This document shows, piece after piece, positions 47,763 through 57,206 of a DNA stretch of 64,000 nt. The position numbers and the translations under genes were made by a program. A model generated the notes under the pieces. The model did not search any database, was not told the origin of the DNA, and saw only the letters and a program-made list of their open reading frames with translations. Positions within the stretch are counted from its first letter, which is position 1. Each line of letters starts with the position of its first letter. Origin of the DNA: a virus; IMG/VR virus record IMGVR_UViG_3300014656_000015; one strand, given 5' to 3'.

Positions 47763-48644
47763 TCAGTCCGCCACCGGGTAGCCCAGGGAGGCCAGGTACT
47801 CGAGGGCGGCTCCCTCGATCCGGCTCTCGAAGTCGCCGGCCACCTTCTCCTGCTCCTGTGCCGGAGGCGGGGTGATGTTGCCGTTGACGTCGACCCAGCC
47901 CGCCTCGGCCAGCTTCTCGACGGCCTTGCGGGTCACCGCCTCCTCGATGGCCGAGCTCTTCTTCTCCCGAAGCGCCTGCACACCCCGGTAGCCACCGTAG
48001 CCAGCACCACCGACGGCTCCGGCGGCACCGACACCTGTGGCGACCTGGGAGCCGATACCAGCTGCCCTGGAAAGACGCTCGAGGCCCTTCCGGTAGGTGT
48101 TCCCACCCTTGGCAACGTCACCCTTGGCACCACCCAAACGGTGAATGATGGCCTTCTCGATATCGCTGAGGCCACCTTTGCGCCCACGCTCCGTCACGGC
48201 CTTCTCCGCAGCGGAGCCCACACGTCCCAGGGTTGACTCGTAGGCTTGACCCGGGGCCTTCTTGACCGCGGAGAGCGCCCTCCCGAGGCCACCCTTGACT
48301 GCCTGGTACGCGTCGCCGGCTCGGCCCGCCTCCTTCTCGATGTTGCCCAGCTCCTGGGTGAAGGCGTGGGCCATGACGCGTCCGCCGAAGTCGAACTCGG
48401 CGAACTTCTCGATGGCCTCCGGATCCGCCTCGCCCTCGGGGGCTGCTTCACCACTGTAGAGCTCGGAGGCGGTCTTCAGGATCTCCTCGTCCGAGTACTG
48501 CGAGAGATCGACGCCCTTGGCCGCGGCGTCCTCCGCCAGGAGATAGACCTGGGCCATCTTCTCCAGCTCGTCCTCGGTCGCGGCAGGGGCCTCGGCGGAG
48601 GCAGTCTTGGTCGTTCCGTACAACTCACTCAGAAACTGGTCCAT
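47763..48644 (-). CDS. head core/scaffold-like protein
   Basis: KTA, DELEKMA, KFA, KEA, KLA, KVA sites; Gly-zipper insert. Confidence 0.7.
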   Translation of the reverse strand: MDQFLSELYGTTKTASAEAPAATEDELEKMAQVYLLAEDAAAKGVDLSQYSDEEILKTASELYSGEAAPEGEADPEAIEKFAEFDFGGRVMAHAFTQELGNIEKEAGRAGDAYQAVKGGLGRALSAVKKAPGQAYESTLGRVGSAAEKAVTERGRKGGLSDIEKAIIHRLGGAKGDVAKGGNTYRKGLERLSRAAGIGSQVATGVGAAGAVGGAGYGGYRGVQALREKKSSAIEEAVTRKAVEKLAEAGWVDVNGNITPPPAQEQEKVAGDFESRIEGAALEYLASLGYPVAD

Positions 48645-48714
48645 GTTTCGTTTCCCTTCTCGTTTGTCCGATCACCACTAGCGGATCAGGCGATCCTCGG
48701 TTACCGAGTAGGTC

Positions 48715-50964
48715 CTACGCCACCCCGCCGATTCTTGCAAGAGCCCCAGCCATCTTGAGCCCCTGCAGATCACAATGCTGATCGACGTAGTCCGAGGCCG
48801 GATCCCCTGTGTAGGCCCTGTTCAGATACGTCGTCGGCATCGTCCTCAGCATTGATTCAAGCACGGCAGCCCCCCTCTTGGCAAGACCCGAACGGATCGG
48901 GTCGTGGCCGAGCACGGTCTCCAGGAGCTCGGGCTCCTGCAGAATGGCGTCCTGGGTCAGGGCGGCGACCTTGTAAATCAGATCTCGGCGGTAGCCTCGG
49001 TACAGCCCCCCGATCTTCTTCAGGAGCTCCTGCTCCTCCACATCATCCTTCTTCTCGGCCGCGGCCCCGTCCCGGCCCTTGGCCACGGTCATGACGGTGC
49101 GTCGGTGCAGGGGTGGGCCGAAGGCGCTGCGTCCCATGATCATGGGAAGTAGCATTCTAAGAAAGTGAGGCAGGGTTCGATCCGGCAGATCGAATGGCAA
49201 CGGCTCCTCACCAGGACCGAAGGTGCGGTCCTCCCGATGCAGGCTGTCCGCCAGGCCGGGGCGGCCCATGGCGATGATGATGATGCGCTGGAACTCCTTG
49301 GGCTTGAGCACGATGCCGGCACCACCCGCGCTGGCCAATGCAGCCGGTACGTCCCGGGCCATCGCATCCTGCGTCTCGAGCGGGAGCTCGGGCTCCGCGT
49401 TCTCCAGATCCGGCAGCTTGGCCTCGAAGTTGGACTTCACCCGCTTCTCGATCTCGGCGTCCTTGTCCAGGGCGACCTTGGGCGCGGAACCCTGCTTGGC
49501 GCGCTGCGCGAGCTCGGTCCGGACCCGCTTGAGGTAGTTGTTGATCCTGGCCTCGGTGGCCGGGTCGATGTCGTTGAAACCGAGCTCCTCGATGCCACCT
49601 TGCGCCCTCTTTTCCGTGACGGATGGGCTCGATCTCTGCGCTCGGAGCAGGGCCCTGACCTTACCAAGATCGACATCGGCGCGACGATTCACGAACTGTA
49701 CCTCGTAGCCCGCATCACGCGCCGCGCCAATCACCTTGTTTGCCGCAGCCCGCTCCAATGCAATGGAGTGACGTTCCAGATTCTTTCCATCCAGAGCCAG
49801 GTGTGTGGCGCCGCCCAGGCCCAACGCACCTAGCGCAGTGGTCAGTGCGGTAACGCGCCGATTCCCACCACCATAGCCCATCCTCCCACCAGCCAGCCCA
49901 CCCGCAACCGCACCCATTGCGGGTACGGCAACGCGCACCGCGGTGCTCGCCTGCCTCGCCGCACGCTCCGCTGCGTCCGGTGAAAGTACCCGAATCGTTT
50001 CCTTAGCCATCTTCGTCTCCCCACGGGACCAGACCTCGTGCACGTGGCTCGAGGCGATGGTGGTACCCTGATCACAACTAGCGCACTTCTTGTGGCCAGG
50101 GCGTAGCGGGCACTCCCCGGCCAACTTGGCCAGGACGTAGCTGGTCTTGTCCGCACCGATGAAGACCACGCTCAAATCGAAGAAGCGCGGGTGCAGGTTG
50201 ATCATCTTCACCTTGCGCCCGTCCGGATAGATCTTGCGAAGCTGAGTGCGGATGTGCTCGCAGTAGTCCGACGTTGTCGGGCTCAGCCCGCGAATGGGGA
50301 GGCGGCGGTGTTCGGCCAGGTCGATCTGGGGGTTGCCCGTGATCCGGGACCAGTCGGTGCAGTAACCGCAAAGGTCGAATGGAACCTTGCAGCCCATACT
50401 GACGCTAGGAAAGCCACCGGCGTCGATGCGGGACAGGATATCGGAAGCACCACGCTCCAGCGCTCGGGCACGATCGAAGGCCGCGATCAGGAGGACGCGG
50501 TGCATACGATCGTCCCACAGCACGTAGACCAGATCTCCAAAGGCCCTGTTCGGATCCTTGTTCTTGTGGTGGGCGAAGGTCTTGGCGTTGTAGAAGGTGG
50601 GAAAGCCCCACTCCCACCGCTTACCCTCCGCAACTTGCTGCTGGTAACTCATCCGTTCCCAGCCCGGAGGAGTGTGTATCAAGGAGGGCTTGTTCAGCCC
50701 CATCGGCATGCGTTCAGGGAAGTCATCTCCGTTACTATTATCGCCCCAATACTCGCCGCCACCCATCGCGCTGATCAGGGCGTAGAGCAGGTTGTCGTCC
50801 TTGGGCAGCTCCTTCATCACGGCCTGGATCCGCTCGAGCTGGGGCACCGAGACGGTATCGGCAGCCGTCTTCAGAAGATGGGCGTTGTTGTAGCCGGGAT
50901 GGAGCAGGTGGAGGTGCTCCCCCCTCTCATCGAGGGTGGGGAACTGGCACTGCTTGACGATCAC
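48715..50964 (-). CDS. putative prohead protease with Zn-finger insertion and long C-terminal extension
   Basis: FAHHKN, VSMGCKVPFDLCGYC, CEH, FFDLSVVFIGAD pattern; upstream of scaffold/MCP genes. Confidence 0.7.
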   Translation of the reverse strand: MIVKQCQFPTLDERGEHLHLLHPGYNNAHLLKTAADTVSVPQLERIQAVMKELPKDDNLLYALISAMGGGEYWGDNSNGDDFPERMPMGLNKPSLIHTPPGWERMSYQQQVAEGKRWEWGFPTFYNAKTFAHHKNKDPNRAFGDLVYVLWDDRMHRVLLIAAFDRARALERGASDILSRIDAGGFPSVSMGCKVPFDLCGYCTDWSRITGNPQIDLAEHRRLPIRGLSPTTSDYCEHIRTQLRKIYPDGRKVKMINLHPRFFDLSVVFIGADKTSYVLAKLAGECPLRPGHKKCASCDQGTTIASSHVHEVWSRGETKMAKETIRVLSPDAAERAARQASTAVRVAVPAMGAVAGGLAGGRMGYGGGNRRVTALTTALGALGLGGATHLALDGKNLERHSIALERAAANKVIGAARDAGYEVQFVNRRADVDLGKVRALLRAQRSSPSVTEKRAQGGIEELGFNDIDPATEARINNYLKRVRTELAQRAKQGSAPKVALDKDAEIEKRVKSNFEAKLPDLENAEPELPLETQDAMARDVPAALASAGGAGIVLKPKEFQRIIIIAMGRPGLADSLHREDRTFGPGEEPLPFDLPDRTLPHFLRMLLPMIMGRSAFGPPLHRRTVMTVAKGRDGAAAEKKDDVEEQELLKKIGGLYRGYRRDLIYKVAALTQDAILQEPELLETVLGHDPIRSGLAKRGAAVLESMLRTMPTTYLNRAYTGDPASDYVDQHCDLQGLKMAGALARIGGVA

Positions 50965-50967
50965 CGC

Positions 50968-51432
50968 CTAGTCCCCACCACTGTCTCCAGCACTTCGCAT
51001 GAGCCCCGATGTGATCTGGGGTATGGGCAACTGCTCCAGGATGGTGGGACGCCTCATCTTGTCCTCCGCACCGGCAATATCGGCCATGGTCCTCGGGTCG
51101 ATGTACTCGTCCTGATACATGGTCCGCTTGACCCAGGACGAGGCCACTACAGGATCCTGGGCCAGAGTCGGCGATGCGTTGTGAAGCGTGTTGAACAAAG
51201 TCCGAACCCTCTCCGCCGGCTCCCTGGTCAGCTCCGGGTTATATGCCAGCATGCCCTTGAAGCCACGTTCCCTGCCGATGTGGTTCTTGATCGCGCGATA
51301 CGCCTCGGTCATGCCGAGCAGCGCTACCGGTGCGGCAACACTGACCGCCATCTCACGGCCAAAGCTGCCCCAGCCCGCGGCCCGCTTCTCGAGGTCCTCG
51401 TCTGCCAGGAAGTCGTTGATCGGATTGCTCAT
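50968..51432 (-). CDS. putative internal head protein
   Basis: FLADEDLEKRA, hydrophobic helix, then FNTL..ASPTLAQDP. Confidence 0.7.
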   Translation of the reverse strand: MSNPINDFLADEDLEKRAAGWGSFGREMAVSVAAPVALLGMTEAYRAIKNHIGRERGFKGMLAYNPELTREPAERVRTLFNTLHNASPTLAQDPVVASSWVKRTMYQDEYIDPRTMADIAGAEDKMRRPTILEQLPIPQITSGLMRSAGDSGGD

Positions 51433-51434
51433 GG

Positions 51435-51824
51435 TCAATACGCCATCCCTGTTCGTGGGTCCCAGAGCGCCCTGGTCTGGGCGACCCTGGCCTGGAACTG
51501 CCGCTTCTTGGCGCCGAGGTAGGCACCGACCGGATCATTCATGGCCTCGTTGGCCATGCCTGCACCGACAATGGGGGGTGCGGCCAGCACGGTGCCCGCC
51601 GCGATGGCCCCGGGCACGCCGCCGCCCGCCGCGTGGTACGCACCCTTGCCGGCGCCCATCGCGGCGCCATGCGCGGTGCGCAACGCGCCCTGGGCACCAC
51701 GCACCAGCTCCCGACCCGCCTCCGCGGCCACCCCAGCGGTCTTCGCCATGCCGAGATCCTGATCGACGAGCTGGCGCACCACGGCCCCGGTCAGAAAGAG
51801 CTGATCATAGTCGGCAAGCGTCAT
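51435..51824 (-). CDS. Gly/Ala-rich putative internal head protein
   Basis: AKTAG followed by a Gly-zipper; ATGA-coupled. Confidence 0.65.
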   Translation of the reverse strand: MTLADYDQLFLTGAVVRQLVDQDLGMAKTAGVAAEAGRELVRGAQGALRTAHGAAMGAGKGAYHAAGGGVPGAIAAGTVLAAPPIVGAGMANEAMNDPVGAYLGAKKRQFQARVAQTRALWDPRTGMAY

Positions 51825-52714
51825 GGCGCACACCTCTCTCGTAGCAGACCCTGCAGCTGCTCCCGCTGCTCCCCCAGCTTCTCCTTGGCCGCGAGCAGCG
51901 TGTAGTAGGAGCGGGCCGCTGCGGCAAACTTCTCGAAGCTGCGGCAGAGCGGGTGGGATCGGTCCAGGACGAGGTAGTCCGCACCGCTCCGACCCGCCTC
52001 CACCGATGGCACGTCGCGGACATGGGCCTGGACCTGCTTCAGGGCCAGCTTGGTCAGGGCCGGGGTCGGCGAGAGCTGGTCGAAGGCCACGCTCAGACTG
52101 GCCGGGCTCACCCCGTCCAGGATGGCCCGCCTCGACTCGACGCACATGTCCTCCGCCGCGTCCACGTAGGCCGCGTACTTGGACATGAGCTCGGAGCCGA
52201 CCACGTCCTCCGCCGTCTTGACCCGGGTCCACAGCACGAGCAGGTCCCGGTTCGGGGAACGGGGCGGGTAGTCGGCACCGGCCGACGCCCTCTTCTCCAT
52301 CTCGAGCGACTCGTCCTCGAGGAGAGCGCTCCCCGGCACGAACCGCTCGACGTCATGGAGGAGTCTGGCTGTCTTCATGATAGCCGCTCCTTCCTCTCCT
52401 GATGGCGTATCTGTCTCGAGCAGTGCGGCTACCCGGTGCGGATCCGCTGGCCCGCCCAGGAAGTCCACGACTCGATGCGATCCGGCCATCTTCGGAAACG
52501 CTGCGGCAAAGGCCGCGTTGTTCGTGAACTCGACGACACGCTGGACCTGTTCCCGTCCCAGGTCGTGTCCCCGGAGAACCTCGACGACGGCATCGGTCAA
52601 CGGCATCTCCCTTGATCCGTGCAGAGCAGCGGCCCGCTTCCCCAGACCTTGCAACACCCTTGGATCGACCGCTGCGGAACCAACCATGGAGATCTCTCCT
52701 GGCTCCAGGTACAC
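51821..52714 (-). CDS. putative head protein
   Basis: EQVQRVVEFTNNAAF; KTA, KRA, KFA sites. Confidence 0.7.
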   Translation of the reverse strand: MYLEPGEISMVGSAAVDPRVLQGLGKRAAALHGSREMPLTDAVVEVLRGHDLGREQVQRVVEFTNNAAFAAAFPKMAGSHRVVDFLGGPADPHRVAALLETDTPSGEEGAAIMKTARLLHDVERFVPGSALLEDESLEMEKRASAGADYPPRSPNRDLLVLWTRVKTAEDVVGSELMSKYAAYVDAAEDMCVESRRAILDGVSPASLSVAFDQLSPTPALTKLALKQVQAHVRDVPSVEAGRSGADYLVLDRSHPLCRSFEKFAAAARSYYTLLAAKEKLGEQREQLQGLLRERCAP

Positions 52715-52753
52715 TTACCCCTGGTATCTTAGGTGTAACACAGGTGACGTGTC

Positions 52754-53509
52754 ATGGGAAGTCAACCGGATCTCATAACGATAGAGGAAGCCGCGGAGCT
52801 GCTGGGTCAGGACCCGAAGCACATCCACCAGCTCTGTGCGGACGGACGGATACGGAGGACCCGGGTCGGGGATGCCGTGCTCGTCCCACGTGGCGACGTG
52901 ATCGAGGTGCGTCGGATGGATCTGGGCACGGAGGATCCAACTGAACGGATCCTGGCCCTGGAGCACCGCGTGGCCCGACTCGAGTCCGCGCTCACCCTCC
53001 TGTTCGACGTGATGAACATGGGCAAGGATAGATTCGGGCCAATGTCCCGGGACCAGTTGGAGCATCTCTACTCCCAGGCCTGTCTGCTGGATCGGGAGCG
53101 GAGCTGGGACCTGCCCACTCTGATCGGGCAGGCCGAGACCTTCATCCGAATCACGGAGACCGAGCTGGTGCGGATCAACCGCATCGTGAGCGTGGACGAT
53201 AGCTGGCGGCCCTTCTTCAATCTGTGCCTGCGCATGCTGCAGCATGTCCAGGAACACCCCGAGCTGGGACAGAACCTGGAGCTGCAGCGGGCCCGGGCCC
53301 TGCTCCTTACCGGCCGCGACAACCTCCGGCTCTGCGCCACCCTGCTAATTGAACGGGCGCATCGTACCGAGAGCAGCGAGAAGGTGCTGGCCCGGGTAGC
53401 CGCTGTAGACCTGGACGCGTTCGATGTCCTGATCCGCAAGCATCACTCCGACCACCAGTGGCGGCGCACCGACCACCTCCGGCTCCTCGATCCTGCAAAA
53501 TCGGAATGA
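52754..53509 (+). CDS. excisionase-like HTH DNA-binding protein
   Basis: LITIEEAAELLG....IHQLCADGRI..TRVG...LVPRGDV. Confidence 0.8.
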   Translation: MGSQPDLITIEEAAELLGQDPKHIHQLCADGRIRRTRVGDAVLVPRGDVIEVRRMDLGTEDPTERILALEHRVARLESALTLLFDVMNMGKDRFGPMSRDQLEHLYSQACLLDRERSWDLPTLIGQAETFIRITETELVRINRIVSVDDSWRPFFNLCLRMLQHVQEHPELGQNLELQRARALLLTGRDNLRLCATLLIERAHRTESSEKVLARVAAVDLDAFDVLIRKHHSDHQWRRTDHLRLLDPAKSE

Positions 53510-53583
53510 TTCCTGTGATAAGGGGTCTGTAGGCCCAATCCCAGGCTTCTTTGCTGCAAAGTGGCCGCTGGGATTGGGATAAG
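53494..53583 (+). promoter_or_regulatory. two tandem ATAAG-class promoters
   Basis: TGCAAA-N17-GATAAG at 53494-53522 and 53555-53583. Confidence 0.7.
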
Positions 53584-53642
53584 AACAATGAGTGGTCGAG
53601 CATTCTCCTTGCTCCGCACCACTCGGGAAAGGAGACTGTGAA

Positions 53643-54140
53643 ATGAGTGAGGAGAAGAGGGAGTGGCCGTCCATCCTGGACGCCGCTCTCGACGACCCCG
53701 CCGCGACAGCGGCGGGGGCAGTTCTGGGGGCGGCCATCCTGGCCGTCCCCACGATGTTGGTCTGCCGGTACCTCGAGGCCAGCCCCGTCGTGACGGGGTT
53801 GAGCACCGCAGGTGCCGGCCTGGCGGGCGCCGGTGGCGGCGCGACGGCGGTGGCGGCGAGTCGCCGCCGGTCGGTGCGGCGCACAGCGACCTCGGTGGCA
53901 TCGGCCATCGAGGGGGAGCTCGACACCTTCGACCGCCGGATCGCGGCGGTCGAGGGCCGGCTGGGGGCGGGGGACACCACTGTCAGGGTGGTGTTCCCAG
54001 ATGTCGCCGAGAGCCTCGGCGGTCTGCCGGAGACTGTCCGGCAGATTCGGGACATCCTCGAGGGTGCCCCGGACCCCGAGCCCCCGCCCAAGGCCACCGT
54101 CAAGAAGGGCAAGGGCGGAGACGCCCAGCCCACCGCGTAG
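53643..54140 (+). CDS. accessory membrane protein (two TM segments plus coiled coil)
   Basis: GGAAAGGAG RBS; ends at hairpin+TTTCTTAG. Confidence 0.7.
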   Translation: MSEEKREWPSILDAALDDPAATAAGAVLGAAILAVPTMLVCRYLEASPVVTGLSTAGAGLAGAGGGATAVAASRRRSVRRTATSVASAIEGELDTFDRRIAAVEGRLGAGDTTVRVVFPDVAESLGGLPETVRQIRDILEGAPDPEPPPKATVKKGKGGDAQPTA

Positions 54141-54202
54141 TCCCACCTTCCGTTCCCACCCTCGGTCCCACCTCGTGGACCGATTTCTTAGGGGTCTATA
54201 TG

Positions 54203-54660
54203 GTTATAAGAATTATGGAAAGGAGGCAGAAATGCCAATGATGTATCGTGTGGACGTTGTCGGAGTGTACGTACGCTCCGACACGTTCGGCCTGCTGTTC
54301 TCTCGCGCCAACGAGGCGCTGGCGTGTGGCCAGGCCCTCCGGGAGATGCTCCCGGGGGTTGTCGTTACGGTAAGTCGGGTGACAGCGGACGGAGGCTGTC
54401 CGCTGATCCTTCTCACCAACTTTCCAGGGGGGGCGACGGCGGTCGTGGAGGGGGCTCCGCCCCCATTCTACGACTGTGAGGGGGCCCAGCTCCTCCCCAT
54501 CGAGAGATGGGAGGAGCTGCGAAACCGCCTCCTTCTCGATGTGGCACACCACAAAGGCACTCTCCACCGAGAGTGCCAGATTCACATTCCCTAGGCCCGG
54601 TTCTGGGCCAATTCCTTAGCTGTATATCGTTATAAGAATTATGGAAAGGAGGCAGAAATG
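54203..54660 (+). repeat. exact 32-nt direct repeat (promoter+RBS+ATG) at 54203-54234 and 54629-54660
   Basis: GTTATAAGAATTATGGAAAGGAGGCAGAAATG occurs twice. Confidence 0.95.
54232..54594 (+). CDS. accessory cassette protein
   Basis: MPMMYRVD; framed by the cassette signals. Confidence 0.75.
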   Translation: MPMMYRVDVVGVYVRSDTFGLLFSRANEALACGQALREMLPGVVVTVSRVTADGGCPLILLTNFPGGATAVVEGAPPPFYDCEGAQLLPIERWEELRNRLLLDVAHHKGTLHRECQIHIP

Positions 54661-54924
54661 TCTCAGAAAGAGGAGTTCCTGGCGGCGCTGGAGTGGAGGG
54701 TCGAACGGGCGACCCCCACAACCAGTCAGTGGAGCCCCCTCGGAGCCAGCCAGCACGGCTGGTTCCAGGAGGCGGTGGCGGCGGGGAACGTCCTCCTCGC
54801 CGCGGGATGGGCGGCTGACGTAGCCGCCCAGTTCCGTTCGGAGACTGGGGAGGGTCGGGTCGCGGACCTCCTCCTCGAGGAGAGGGCGTGGCAAGTCGCC
54901 GCGCTCATCGATCTGCTCACCTAG
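54658..54924 (+). CDS. accessory cassette protein
   Basis: Framed by the cassette signals. Confidence 0.75.
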   Translation: MSQKEEFLAALEWRVERATPTTSQWSPLGASQHGWFQEAVAAGNVLLAAGWAADVAAQFRSETGEGRVADLLLEERAWQVAALIDLLT

Positions 54925-54992
54925 CCCCGTTCCGGGGCCAATTCCTTAGTCGTGTATAGGTATAAGAATATTGAGGAAAGGAGGTACACATC

Positions 54993-55313
54993 ATGTACTT
55001 CATAGAAGTTGAGGCGAAGTGGAACTCGCCGTTCGCGGCGAGCCTGGAGATTGAGAACCCGACTGATGCGCTTCGGGTCGCCGAGTGGCTCTCGAAGAGA
55101 GCCGATCGAGCTTGTATCTCCTGTCACGCCCGGACCCCTGTGATGTTTCAGGGCAGCAGTATCCGGCTGCTGTCCTACGAAACCTTCTACCTGGTGGACG
55201 AGGAGGGGGTCCCCGAGGAGTGGACTCTGCTGCTCGAAGCGGCAGAGGAGTACCTCAAAACAGCCCATCACCTCAAAGTCTGCCGTGAACTGGACCCCAA
55301 CCAGGTCTGGTAG
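54993..55313 (+). CDS. accessory cassette protein
   Basis: TATAAG...GGAAAGGAGG upstream; GCCTC/GAGGC hairpin+AATTCCCTTAG downstream. Confidence 0.75.
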   Translation: MYFIEVEAKWNSPFAASLEIENPTDALRVAEWLSKRADRACISCHARTPVMFQGSSIRLLSYETFYLVDEEGVPEEWTLLLEAAEEYLKTAHHLKVCRELDPNQVW

Positions 55314-55342
55314 CCCACCCGCCTCACTCCGAGGCAATTCCC

Positions 55343-57199
55343 TTAGGCCACTATACCCGGAGCGAACTCCACGCTGCCCGGGAAGAGTGGGATGATGATG
55401 TCGGGACGCGGCCGCACGATCATGCTGGCCAGGAAGCAGTAGAGGATGGAGTGGAACGTGTCATCACTCTTGCCTCGGGTCAGCTTGTACTGCGTCATGT
55501 GGAGCCGGGCATTGTACTCGGCAAAGATGTTCAGCATGTCGGCGGCGAAGGGTTCCTCCCACTCCTTCCAGGCCGGGAACCGGATCCGCTGGTTGCGGAT
55601 CGCGCTGAAGATGTCGCTCATGATCTCGGTACGGTGCAGCATGAAGCGGCCCAGCTCGGGCTCCCACTTGATCTTGGTCTTCGGGTTGCCCGTGTACTGG
55701 TACCGGGCGACCCGGGACGCACCGAAGTTCCGCATGAGCCAGTCATTGCGGTCGAAGCCGCCGCCGTAGTCCGAGCCCAGGATCTTGAAGTCAACCGCAT
55801 GTAGCAGCTTGGCGATGCGCCGGAGCTGGCGTCTCGGGTCCAGATCCTCCCCCACGAAGCGGTGTGCAAAGAAGATCTGGAAGATGCCGTCGATGTACCC
55901 ACCTAACGTAAGTAGTGAGAATGACGCATCTTCCCCGGTCCCGTGATCCAGTCCGGCAAAGACCCCGCTCTCGCACCGCTTCGCGGTCTCCAGCACCGCC
56001 CCGATCCGGATGGTCTCATTGCAGCACCGGATGATGTGGCTGCGCTTGAGCGGGCGCTGCCCCGCGTCGTGGGACAGCCCGAGCACCTCGTTGTTGAACT
56101 GGGTCTCGTCGTACTGTTCCAGGTGTGTCAGGATCTCGGTCCACTTCTCCCCTTGCATCCAGGGCACCATGAGCTGGGAGATGTGGTAGCCCTCGAAGGT
56201 GACCCGGTTCTCGTTGTCCGCGGTGACCGGCTGCAGCGAGACCCACTGCGCCAAGGGGTCGGCGGGGTCGATAGGTTCCCCGCACCGAGCACAGATCGGT
56301 CCCTCCTTGCCGATGTTCTTGATCCCGAGCAGGTTCCAGTGCCAGGAGGAGGGGTCGTTCGGGACGCCATGGTGCTGGCACGGCACGGCCCACTCGTTCT
56401 GGGTCGAGAACTCGGTCCAGTACTTGTGGATCGAGTTGTCCAGGCTCTTCGGCGTGCCAGCATAATCGAAGAGACCCCAGTGGGAGTGCGACGTGCACTG
56501 CTCGATGACCGGCACCGATGGGCCATGCACGTCCTGGAACTCGTCGATCTGAACCTTGTCGCTGGCAATGCCTCTGGCCCGGTCCGCGGAGAGGAAGGCG
56601 TAGCGCACCCGGACCTGGGAACGGTTCCGGAACTGCTTGAAGAACACGTTCTGGCTCAGGTTCCGGTTCACCATGTACTGGAGCTCGGGGCTGATCTCCA
56701 GCGGGTCCTTCAGCCGATCCACGCTGAAGACCTGGGCCTGGGCCGCGGTCGGGCACACATAGAGCGTCTTGAAGGCGGGCACGATGGCGCTGTACGCGAT
56801 GGCGCTGTTACCGAGGTAAGTCGACTTCTCGCTCTGCCGGCTGTAGACCAGGAGCTTGCGCCGGGCCGGGGAGTCGTAGACCGTCTTGAGGTAGCGCCGA
56901 CCCTCGAAGCTGAAGGGGGTGATGGCGCCCTCGATCGGGAGCTTGATGGCGAACTCGGTGAACTCGGACGGGGTGACCTCGACCTGGCGCAGCTTCCGCA
57001 GGGACTCGAGCTCCTGCTCGAACAGGATGCTCTCCATCTCGGCGCTGGCCAGCTCATCCTCCTCCTGTAGCAGGAGGGCCTCGAGCTCATCCTCCAATCC
57101 CTGGTCCAGCTCTTCCTGCGCCAGGACCCGTTTCGAGTCGAGGTAGAAGTCCCGGACCTCTTCGGAGGCAGCAGCCATCCCCTGCAGGACTTGAACCAT
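55343..57199 (-). CDS. terL: terminase large subunit (GpA-like); 5' end disrupted by an IS
   Basis: SRQSEKST Walker A variant, DRARGI, IDEFQD Walker B, GTPK, VPC Zn segment, AGLDHG nuclease motif, DDTFHS. Confidence 0.9.
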   Translation of the reverse strand: MVQVLQGMAAASEEVRDFYLDSKRVLAQEELDQGLEDELEALLLQEEDELASAEMESILFEQELESLRKLRQVEVTPSEFTEFAIKLPIEGAITPFSFEGRRYLKTVYDSPARRKLLVYSRQSEKSTYLGNSAIAYSAIVPAFKTLYVCPTAAQAQVFSVDRLKDPLEISPELQYMVNRNLSQNVFFKQFRNRSQVRVRYAFLSADRARGIASDKVQIDEFQDVHGPSVPVIEQCTSHSHWGLFDYAGTPKSLDNSIHKYWTEFSTQNEWAVPCQHHGVPNDPSSWHWNLLGIKNIGKEGPICARCGEPIDPADPLAQWVSLQPVTADNENRVTFEGYHISQLMVPWMQGEKWTEILTHLEQYDETQFNNEVLGLSHDAGQRPLKRSHIIRCCNETIRIGAVLETAKRCESGVFAGLDHGTGEDASFSLLTLGGYIDGIFQIFFAHRFVGEDLDPRRQLRRIAKLLHAVDFKILGSDYGGGFDRNDWLMRNFGASRVARYQYTGNPKTKIKWEPELGRFMLHRTEIMSDIFSAIRNQRIRFPAWKEWEEPFAADMLNIFAEYNARLHMTQYKLTRGKSDDTFHSILYCFLASMIVRPRPDIIIPLFPGSVEFAPGIVA

Positions 57200-57206
57200 G
57201 GTGCTC

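Noticed and set aside
34352-47875. Long plus-strand ORFs (e.g. 34352-36424, 41292-43034, 45461-47875)
   Set aside because: Antisense shadows of GC3-biased structural genes, with no RBS or recognisable motifs
54160-55346. Repeated junctions as a CRISPR array or integron attC sites
   Set aside because: The intervening segments are 270-360 nt genes with RBSs; no attC-type R/L box structure or integrase is visible
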